Assembly (NCBI GenBank): GCA_035084275.1
Contig: CM068757.1
Location: forward strand, 5,890,001 to 5,954,000
DNA from: Hydrolagus colliei
Lineage: Eukaryota
Length of the DNA stretch: 64,000 nt
Direction: 5' to 3'
Both the position numbers and the translations under genes were made by a program. The notes under the pieces are model-generated. The model did not search any database and was not told the origin of the DNA. It saw only the letters and a program-made list of their open reading frames with translations. Shown piece by piece: positions 28,082 through 38,402 of this stretch. The first letter of the stretch is position 1; each line of letters begins with the position of its first letter.

Positions 28082-30951
28082 GAAGTGGATACAGGACAGT
28101 TAATGTATTTTAAAGTGAATTTTTCAACACTTTGCTACTACTAATATTTTGTGCCACATGACTGGACTGTAATGATTGAGTGAGGACCTTTTTCAATTCT
28201 CCTATCACTGCGACACCAAATGTAGCTTGTGGCTGGATTGTCAGGGAATGGACTTAGCTTTGAGACGTCGATAAGATGTGAAAAGCGCTATATCAAATGC
28301 GAGGATTATTATTATTAAATCCACATCAGAGTAAAATGTTCAAAAGGGTGAAGCGAGACACAGGACTCTTCCCTGAAGCAAGCAGTCAATAATTCTTAGT
28401 GTCCCTTCTAATCTGGTCCTCTGCTGCTGCTTGGGTTTTAAACTCACAGTGAGCAGTTATGCATCCTTGGTCAGTGTTGCCATCCGCAGAAGTTCCATCT
28501 GCACACCTTCAGAGGATTCCATTTCTTTTCGTCCCCCCTGGGCTAACTGGGCTGAGAACTGCAGAGCTGCTTAAAGAACTGACAGCTATTTAGGTTTAAT
28601 GACTATCTTAACTCAATACATAGAAAAGCACGGATGATGTCAGGATCTCGCCAGCTCAAAATGGGAACTGGGGGAGGTGGGAGGGTTGGGGGTAGGAGGG
28701 TGTCCCATAACAATTGTCAAGTGCATCAATTGCCCCCTTTATTAAAAGGGAAGATATATTCTGTTGTCATAATAAAGATTATGAAAACTTGTAGTTTGAT
28801 TGGTAAACTTGATTTAACTTTAAAACCTTCTTTGTGTGGGGGCTCTTACATTCCCTCTTAATTTGAGAGCCAGTTTTCAGCAGTTCTGAAAAAGGAAGAG
28901 CCTCTACATTAAGGCCAAATTTAATCATTATTTTACAAATCCACTGCTATAAATCTTTTTTAAGACGCAGCAGTTTTACGGATGATATTTCAGGTCATGA
29001 GTACCTAAATTTGATTTTAGTGACCTGGAACTCAGAAACAATGGGAAAATAGAAATAGAAAAAAATATTCTACAGAGGCGGAAAGCTTCCGTGTGTGGAT
29101 GTATAAGACAAACACAGGGTCAACCCATACCCTCTTCCTGAAATAGGACCATTACTCACCGCCTCAAGTTAAACACAAGGAATTATCACTTGAGCAAGAT
29201 GCAGAGAGCTTCCTGTTGGACATCTAGGGCCTTTCACACCATAGGGCACAAGGCACTGGATAATCTAAGAGAACAACAACAACAACTTGCATTTAGATAG
29301 CACCCTCCACACCATACATGATGACATCATCATGGTCAGACGATGGAGGGCAGGGTGAAAAGACATTAAAGAACAAGAGTGAATACACAGAGCATTTCTT
29401 TTCTGAATGAATTCAGCAGCAGATGGGAGGTCAATTTCAGAAATGCTAATAGACCACCATGATTTAGGATCCATGTGCTTCACCAGATGGCCTACAAGCG
29501 AACAGCACAACTGATGCAGTGGCAGGCCATTCAGACAAGAACTTTGTAGGCTTGAATTGACAGATGTAACTGACCAGCAATAGGAGCTAGGTCGATAGAG
29601 GGGGAAATTCAGCCAGTATTTCTGTCTTTCGATTGCTCAGACAGATGATCCCTGCTGTATAGGGTCCACATAGATGAGGACAGGTTAAGTGGTGGAGGAG
29701 AAGGAGAGGAAGAGAAGGGAAAACCGCAAAATAAAATTGATGGTGAATCCCACCCCCAAAAAAGGTTCTATCGAACCAGCCCCACTACATAATATAATTA
29801 ACCCTTAAATGCTCTACTCCCGTAGGATTATTAACCATCTCGGTCTCTCAACAAAAGTTTAATATGTACTGTAACACTCATCAACTTCCCACAAAGCAAA
29901 GAAAACATTCTTATAAGTTATGCTAAAAGTTACTAAACTAACAACCGTCACGGTAAACATAATTTCAAATGGTTATTGTGTGCTGAAAGCAGTCGGTGAA
30001 AAGTAATTCACTCAATCACTACATGTTAAGTACACTCTCTGCTCTCACTGATAAGGCAAACACAGGCACTTTCTACCAATATAAATCATTTCCATATATA
30101 TTTTCGAAGAGCTGAAAGATAGGGTATTCAAAGCCCTTGAAACAGATTTATCCATAAGTTAGCTCACTTTGTTACCCCACTGGTTTTAATGTCAGCAATA
30201 TTATAAGGACAATTTTATTTCCAACTACAGTAGCATAGAAATAAACACTTAAGATTCAAAACAAATAATTTTCAATAATTTTCTTCACCTCAATGAATGA
30301 TTCTTTTGTGACTGATCTTGGCCCGAATGTGATGCAGGGACTCAACTATTGTAATGCCTTAAAATTGTTTGGCCAATTGCAAGGGCCACATCACTGACTG
30401 ATGCAATTCCATAAAATGAACAAAAGTGCTTTCTTCCCATAAAATAAACAGTCAATGCACTTTCCAATACATTCTGTGAAACACGTTGAGACATCTCGAA
30501 GGCGTGATGAGGCACTTTATCAAATGCAAGGATTATTATTATTATTGTTATTATTGTTTCTCGTTTACACAAAGCACCTGTACCAAGTGAAGAGCTGTTT
30601 GGGCAAAATAAGATCCTGTGATAATTCCTCTCCCACGATACCAATTCTGCATATTTTAGACCCTGTGGTTTGCACAACCTTTGGCATGAAAATCTACCCG
30701 TTACCTCACAAACTATAATAAATCTCTGTTGAAAGACGGAAAACCTGTTAACAGTGGACTGTAATAATAATAATCCTTGCATTTGATATAGCCATTTTCA
30801 TGTCTTCCAGACATCTTAAAACACGTTGCAGAATATACTGTAAAGTGAACAAAAAGGCAAAATACTGCAAATGCTGGCAATCTGAAAGAAAAACAGAAAT
30901 CGCTGGGAACACTCAGCGGGTCAGGCAGCATCTATGGAGAAAGGAAAAGCA

Positions 30952-30988
30952 AGTCAATGTTTCGGGTCCAGGACCCTTCATCAGAACT
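30952..30988 (-). ncRNA. Minimal type I hammerhead ribozyme motif, copy A
   Basis: Minus strand AGUU-CUGAUGA-A-GGGUC-cug-GACCC-GAAA-CAUU-GACU. Core, stem II and stem I are present. Stem III is altered by a probable CpG decay (ACGU to ACAU). Confidence 0.65.
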
Positions 30989-31312
30989 GGGACGTATTGG
31001 AGGGAGAGACTTTTAAGAATTGAGAGAGACAGTGGAGGCAGCACAAGAAAGACAAAGGAGAAAATGGGGTAGAGGGCAGGAGATGATGGGTTGAAGAAGG
31101 GTTAATGTTGTGAAACAAATGGAGAAATTGCAACAAAACTGGGGAGAAGAGATGTTAAGAACATTAAAACAAAGAGTGGGGGGGGGGAAATTGGCAAAGA
31201 ACAGGCAGATCAGATGGTTCCAGAAGAGGGGGAAGGTGAGCTGTTTCAGGCGATAGGTTATCGTTGGGAACACTCAGCAGGTCAGGCAGCATCTATGGAG
31301 AAAGGAAAAATA

Positions 31313-31349
31313 TGTCAACGTTTCGTGTCCACGACACTTCATCAGAACT
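31313..31349 (-). ncRNA. Minimal type I hammerhead ribozyme motif, copy B
   Basis: Minus strand AGUU-CUGAUGA-A-GUGUC-gug-GACAC-GAAA-CGUU-GACA. Palindromic ACGU stem III and GUU cleavage triplet. Confidence 0.7.
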
Positions 31350-33400
31350 GAGGGTGTGAACTGAAGGGTTCTGACGCAGGGTTCTATTTATGTTACAATG
31401 ATTATTATTATTAATCCACAGAAATGCAGGTGCACCAATTATTTTTTTCTCTCTGCTTACATCTTAAGATTTCAAAGTATCTGGCTAGTAAAATAGCTGG
31501 AAATTTAACTCAGAGACTCAACCAGTGTGTTCTCTTGATGATGGATTAATGCATTCAGTCCATATTTCTCGGCAAAGCAAGATTGCCACCAAGTGGCATC
31601 ACCTAGGAACACCAAGATTTTTTTTAACCAGGGATCATTGGATCCTTATCAATGGACACCAAGTTAAGCCCATTCCTGACACTGCCAGGACAGGTGGACT
31701 TCAGAAGCATTATAATACCTCCCACAGCAGTATAAATATCTTGGGTGTGATTATGAATTCCACTGGATCCACTCTGTATATCTGCAGAAGTCTGAAATTA
31801 GACATTTGTGTTTTTAATGTGCTCTGATAGACAATGCCTCCGTAATATAAAAAAATAATCCATATCTTTTTAAAATAGTGCCTTTGACAGGACTTTTCAA
31901 AGTGCTTCACAGAAACTATTGTATAGTGGCTGTATTTTGCAAGCAAACATGGCAGCCAATTTGCACAGAGGAATACCCTAAAAACAGTCATCAGGTGCAT
32001 TACTAATTTGATCTACTGGACAGTTGTCAGTAGCGCTCTGAGACGTCGTCCGGCGTGGAGGGCGCTTTATAAATCGAAGTTGTTGTTATCTCTGTTCGAA
32101 TAGTCCCTCTAGTATATCTGTAACCTCCACCTGAAGAGACATCTCACCCGAAGGACTGCAACTCCAACAATCCTGCCCTCTCCCAGCCAGGTTGCTTCTG
32201 GCAATAAAATAAATACACCATTCAGTTACCCGAAGTGACAGATAATTCACAGAAACTGAATGAGGAAATTTGTCACTGGGCCGCTAGATGGAGCACCCAC
32301 GGTTAGTGTACTGTTCATTTTGGCTAATTATTGAGCAATCTTACAGGTTATGGCTTCTTCTGAATACTTTAAACCTAAACTTTGGAACTCGCTCCAACTT
32401 AATTCTTATTCCATGGGATCTCAGTGGCGGTAGCTTTGCTTCTGTGCTCGCGTGCCTTCCAGATTTTTCAAGATCTGTTCTTATCTCTCATCCTTTCACA
32501 GACTATTAATTGCCACATTTTTACTACTTGAAAATTGTGTTTTAATTTTCATTGCCTTGTCTTCAAAGACTTTGAGGTCTGTGAGAGATGCATTTAAATA
32601 TGTTTTTTTTAATTAAAGCATTAAATAAAAATTAGGTATTAATTTTGACCCAGATATGTGAAGCTAACTACTGTATGCACCATAGCTCCAACAGATGTTA
32701 GCATCAGTGATCAACTTCAGATTGCAGTCAGGACCACAGCAAGTAATCCAGTTTTACCGCACATTATCACCCTCACACACATTCAAACATGTTACTGATG
32801 AGAGAGAGGGGCCTTGTATTAATTAACTTGAGTCTTTGTTCGTCTCGACAAAGCCTTTCATGAAAACAAGAGCAAAACCTCGAAACAACACGCACCTGAC
32901 AGGTTGCTGGAAGCAACTCCCTTTAATGGCCTACAAATGATCCAATCATACTGAAGTCACTTTAACTCAAGGTAACTTTTACCGCAATGTGCTGTAACTT
33001 CACCCACCTGTCGCAACCGTCGGTGCACCCACATTTAAACAGTTAGATCAGGAATGGCCACTATCACAGCGCACATCTCTGTGGTGTGCATAACTGAAAC
33101 ATAGGTGGTCTCTTTGGCTTGAGGTTTCTTCGATTCAAGCGCCAAACAGCACCATCTGCATTAACTCCCATGTTACTTCAAATTCTTCAGGATTAAAACA
33201 ATGTCTGCTAAAAGCTATCAAAGCTAAATGGAATTAAAGGATGCAAAGAAATGTATATTATCATAACAATTAGATATGAATAAATTGTACCTTCTGTCCG
33301 ACATGCTTGCTGGTGGGATTTTGCTATGAAAGTGTGTGCAACTGTAGAATCAACTATAGAATATAGAAAGTCTGTGCCAGCTCTTTGAAAAGAGCTATGT

Positions 33401-33704
33401 GCAGCTTCTGTAGCTCAGTGATTAGAGCACTCGCCTTACAAGCGTGAGACCTGTATTCGAATCCAGATATATCAGGGTGAAACATTGGGCAAGTTTCCAA
33501 ACTCCATGTGCCTAATAATAATCTGTCCAAAAAATCCACAGTAGTAAAAATTGAACTGTTTGTGGGAAACTGCTGTGTGCAACTAGCTGCTGCGTTTCGC
33601 CCACAAATATACAGTCAATTCGCTTTATAGTATATTCTGTGAAGGGCTTTGAGACGTCAATAAGATGTGAAAAGCGCTTTATCAAATGCAAGGATTATTA
33701 TTAT
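33401..33704 (+). mobile_element. tRNA-derived SINE, 5'-to-3' complete copy of the internally deleted form
   Basis: A box (tagctcagtg), B box (gtattcgaatcc), body, and a LINE-like tail ending atcaaatgcaaggattattattat. Confidence 0.9.
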
Positions 33705-36700
33705 GTAAATCAATCCCAATCCTCTGTGCTCTCTCCATAGCCCTACAAACTTGTCCTTCCCAAATGATTATCTACTTCTACAGAATCACAGAACTAAACA
33801 ACACAAAAATGAATTTAAAGGTGTAAAGAATTATCTCAGATTGATACAGAAACCATATGGACTTCTTGATCACCATTTTGATGTTTTCCTGGAATCTGTA
33901 CTGCACAAAATCTGTTGGATAAATTTATGATGTAAAACAGGTGATTGGTTGTTAGGACATAAATCAGGTGATCTAGAAAACCCAATGGAAGGGTCAAAAG
34001 TTGAGAGTAGTGAGAATGGGAGAGAGAGGCAAAGGAATCTGTGAACCAGAAATAAATTTGAAACATGACATAAAGTTGAAAACTTTCAAGTTCGGAATGA
34101 AAAGTGTTCATTCTGTTTGAGTGGTTTCACACAACAAATATACACAGGTCAGATGCACTTTGCCTAAACAAATGCTTCCTAAAGTTCCCCCAAAAAGTCA
34201 CACTGAGAAGCGCTATTGGGGCAAATGAAGTTTTTGTGAAATGTTTTCATGGTTGATAAGACAAACAGCCTTCTTGAAGTAATTTTATCGACCAAACAAT
34301 TCAGTTCCTGGTGGGGTTTGGGTGTTTGGAATTTAAAAATCAAGGCAACAGATTAGCAGAATCTGACTCCCCCGCGCTCTCACACTGATGTGATAAAAGT
34401 GCTGTATCAATGCAAGGGTAATTGTGACTACATTGTTCTATGACATTGGTTTCCAAGTTTAATTAACTCACTTATGCTGGAAAAATAAATCTGTTTTTAT
34501 TTTAGAGAAACATAACTTATCAAAAAATTAAGTTACAATGTGCATAAGTGTGATTTTTTCACCCACTACACACATATTTTAAGGCAATGCATCTCCAATA
34601 CATTCGCTGGAACAATTATCCTTTGCCACCTACCTACATCACATTTTAGATAATAACAAATAGAGAATAGTACTTTGCCCACAGCAACAGATTCATTACA
34701 CGGAGACAATTGAGCACAATAAGTCTCTTCACCCACTTGAAGCTGTCTAGATTACAATGCAGTAGATGACGGTCTTTACTCTCATTCAGATTCACCACAG
34801 ATTCAAATAGTTGTTTGTGGACTGTTGCCAACATTGATCAGCTGCCACTTTTGCCTATGTGTCAGTTTGCCGCATTTTAAAGTAGCTCACTGGGTGAAGC
34901 GTTTTGAGACACTGATGTGATAAAGGTGCTCTATCAATGCAAGGATAATTATGACTGCATTGTTCTAAGACATTGGTTTCCAAGTTTAATTAACTCACTT
35001 GTGCTGGAAAAATAAACTCGATGACATTACACTGAATGCAGTATAATGAATGCTAAGCCCCTGGTACTCTATTGAAGAAAATCGTTGTTTTACAAATGTA
35101 CACCATGCATAATAAAGGTGTTTGACATTTCGTATCATCCACCAGCATCCTGGTCAAATCCAAATTCAACATATAACACCTGTAGCTTGCTTGCCAGGTA
35201 GGAAAGGGATTTTTACCACGTTCTTCAGTGAAGACAAAGGTCTTGCAGAGATGAGCAGAAGCAAAAAACACCTAGCTTTTACAATTGCAGAGGTATATCT
35301 ATGGAAACTGAAGCCTGCACAGACGCTGTCAAATAATGCAATTTAATGTGCCCTTTCACGTCTACATTCTCAGCTTCCAGTACTTCAATGCTTTTCAACC
35401 CTAATATTTCAGTGTTTCAATCACTGCATGAGATTCAAGTCAGCTTGGAACAGATCAATGAGAAAGTCAATGGCAGACTGCAGCACTTAAAACCTAAAAA
35501 AAATCCTGTCAAAAATTTCCTGAATCAATTCCAGGAATTCTACAAGCACGACCCAGGCCACTATCTCTGCTTCCAGATGATCACGTTCCATTGATTTATA
35601 TCTTGTGTGAACACCCGCAATCCTTTCTTAAATCTGTTGACTGAACTGATCGTGCCTGGAATGTACCTGAGTGTTGCCACAATCTACTCAATTCGAACAC
35701 AACTAATGTGTGTACCGGCAAACATTGGTGAGTGAGGAACCATCCCCAAAATGCATTTGATAAAAATTCCTCTTTCTTCTAAACCCAGTGAACGTAGTAT
35801 ATGCAGGTCTTTATTTAAACTCCAACAATCGCAATATGTGTTCTCCACCTTTTGCATTCACCGAACAGAGCATATTTTTACCATCTGTCACGCTCAGATG
35901 AAGTGGCTGATCTTCCCATCAACTGCACAACATATTCAAAACATTTGGCTTCACACAAAGGGGCCGTTGACAGGTAACACAGCAATAAAGATAAAAGTCT
36001 TTGTGCGGCTCATGAACAATTAAAAAAAAACACATCACCAGAACAGAACCACTTTTCTGCCTGCGATGAAGGTTGATTCCTCCCTAGAGTTAAAGAACAA
36101 AACTTTGTTAGGGAATAGTTTGAGTTATCAGAAACTCCTTGAATGCATTGCACCAGGAATAATCTCGCACATCTGTATAAATGTTAGAATGTCTGTTGCT
36201 TTCAAACAAGTTATGCAAAGGCATCAAGTACAGATGTTTGTGTGCATTAACATTTAATTCATCTGAAGCTCATGAATACTACCCGAACACCCATAATTTA
36301 TTCACAACTTCTGCTGTAAATTCACATTCTTTTGACAAATTGTGTTTGCACTGAGTTGAACATCATCTGCTGCTGCTTGGACTTACTTCTTAGAGAAATA
36401 CCTTTTTTCCCAAGAGCATGCTTTGATCAATTTCTCTATGTGGCTTGTCTGACAATTGCATCATTGAATGCCTCCTTACGATTAGATTGCAGGTTATCAA
36501 CACAAATTGCTACTTTAATTCCTGCTCACTAGATGGTGAAAATGGTGCAATTAATCTTGGGTAAACTTTTTTTCCTCTCTTGCTCTAGTCTCGGGTATGT
36601 CACGTTAGCAACTCACTTTGCTCTTCTGATGAGGAGATCACTGGAACGCTGAGATGAGATCACATATTTATATACACGATGTAAACCAGTCAAAGCCCAC

Positions 36701-37016
36701 TAACCTATTCCAGAATAAACACTAACGCTGCAATCCTCCAGCGATAAACTTCTCAGTGTTGCACACAAGTAATCGCAAAGTGCAGTGCCTGTAGTATAGG
36801 CAAACGGAAATTATAAATGACACTTGCACATAATTAAGAGTGGAGAGCGATTGGAGCAAAATAATCTCAATTTGGATTTCTGTTGACAAACCACTTGATT
36901 TACGAACTCACAAATTCAGGTCACATCCGAAATTCTCATTTTCTTGGAATCACTCACTTTGATTTCTTTACTCCCAGTTAGAATGGAATCAAACATTGTA
37001 ATATGAAAACATCCAT

Positions 37017-37022
37017 TTTATT
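37017..37022 (-). terminator. Probable IFTAP polyadenylation signal AATAAA
   Basis: tttatt on + strand, about 190 nt past the IFTAP stop codon. Confidence 0.5.
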
Positions 37023-37211
37023 ATTTCTCCTGTAGAATGAGAAAAGGAATTTAACACACACATACACACCTGTTGCGAAAGTATTATAAAAGGTGTCTGA
37101 ATAATTGCATTGGGATTAAAGTGTTTTCACTTTCAGATTTGTGTTGCAAGTATTAATCTGCTCTTCATACAAAAGGCCTCCTGTTGTCCTGAACTATAAT
37201 AACAGCTGAAT

Positions 37212-37385
37212 TTACAGGTCAGAATCTCCTAGTTGTATTGAGTGACGTTTAGTACTGTTGCTTGACTGATTTGACAAAGTACAAATAGTTTCAAGTTCAG
37301 CTTCAGTGTATTTTGGCTTGAGAGAGACGCAGTCGTAATCAAAGTCTTCATCCAAAGTGAAAGGCTGGACTTCATCTGTCTGTAC
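37212..37385 (-). CDS. IFTAP: IFTAP last coding exon: VQTDEVQPFTLDEDFDYDCVSLKPKYTEAELETICTLSNQSSNSTKRHSIQLGDSDL*
   Basis: Matches the conserved C-terminal motif DEVQ.F.LDE.FDYD.V.L..K (human GDEVQLFSLDEEFDYDNVMLTSKF). Strong acceptor ctctttgttttttccatcAG|. TAA at 37214-37212. Confidence 0.93.
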   Translation of the reverse strand, partial: VQTDEVQPFTLDEDFDYDCVSLKPKYTEAELETICTLSNQSSNSTKRHSIQLGDSDL

Positions 37386-38268
37386 CTGATGGAAAAAACA
37401 AAGAGGCAGGTTTTATGATGACAGCCCACTATGAGTAAGTGACAAGACCTACTAATGTCACATCACAGGATTTGACATCAAGATGTCACAAGTAATGATG
37501 AGTGAACGCACGTCTGAATCAACATTAAATGCAGTTACGGTTTTTGCAGGAAACAATCATTCAATTTGTAAACTCTACTGTAGAAAACTTCACAAATTTT
37601 CAACATATTTCACATCAATTGTAAGATTATTCCCATTCTAGAATATCAACCAAGGGTCAGAGATTGTGTCTTTGTCATTTTAATAACTTTGATAATTACC
37701 ATTACCCTTAATGTTGTCTAATAATTTTATTGTACAAGACAAATAAATATTTAACAAATGTATTACAATATGGATAAATGAAAACTATTAACTGAATTAA
37801 CTGAGCGCAAAGGATCACTGGGGTCAGATCTGGATCAATTATACCACCAGTCGGTGCACTAGTGATCATTCTTCAATTCAATGTGTCATCTACATACTTA
37901 CCACAAGTCAGTCAATCAGGAAATTCAGGAGACATCTAACCCATTAAATAATTTTTCAATCGGATGCCGCAGTTTTCCCTTACTGTGTGTCCCTGAGATT
38001 ACTCCAATTAGCCTCAGTGACCATGAGCTGCAGAGGTGACGGGAAATTGGCATCAACGGATAGAAACATGTCCGGTTTTCAGTTTCGGATGTGCTGAGCC
38101 AAAGGGCTAATGCAAATTCAACATTAACAGGCAGTTTGGATCTGAGTTATACCTAAGTTTGATTTCGAACTGGACTATAAAGTAGTGATGATTACCATGA
38201 AGTAAAAACACAAGCTGTTCAACAGGAGTGGCTCAAAGTTCATTAAAAAAAGTATGAAAGCCACTTAC

Positions 38269-38402
38269 CTGGTCACATGTTTCATTATTAAATTCTTCAC
38301 TCTTTGGTTTTGTGCTGAAGTCAAGTGATGTGTCTTTGCATATGGAATGAGAGTAGTCTGCCAGGATCTCTACTTCTGTCTCACCTGGGAGCAGATCCAG
38401 TC
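38269..38402 (-). CDS. IFTAP: IFTAP coding exon 4 (134 nt): (G)LDLLPGETEVEILADYSHSICKDTSLDFSTKPKSEEFNNETCDQ
   Basis: Contains the conserved LLPGE.E motif. Acceptor tgaatgcAG|, donor CAG|GTAAGT. Phases 1 to 0 fit the neighbouring exons. Confidence 0.9.

Larger units (their letters stand above)
30853..31352 (-). mobile_element. Penelope-like retroelement fragment with a ~90-bp direct repeat (pseudo-LTR-like)
   Basis: gggaacactcagcrggtcaggcagcatctatggagaaagg...cttcatcagaactg occurs at about 30901-30990 and 31261-31350. This repeat resembles the chondrichthyan Penelope-like termini as I recall them. It carries hammerhead motifs. Confidence 0.7.

Noticed and set aside
27673-28083. 136-aa ORF
   Set aside because: Overlaps a decayed L2 3' end. 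Not a host gene.
30342-30782. 146-aa minus-strand ORF
   Set aside because: Runs through SINE tails (IIIII from the att repeat) with no recognisable domain.
33409-33480. tRNA gene (A box, B box, cttacaa loop)
   Set aside because: It continues into a SINE body and tail, has no acceptor stem or terminator, and is multicopy. It is a SINE head.
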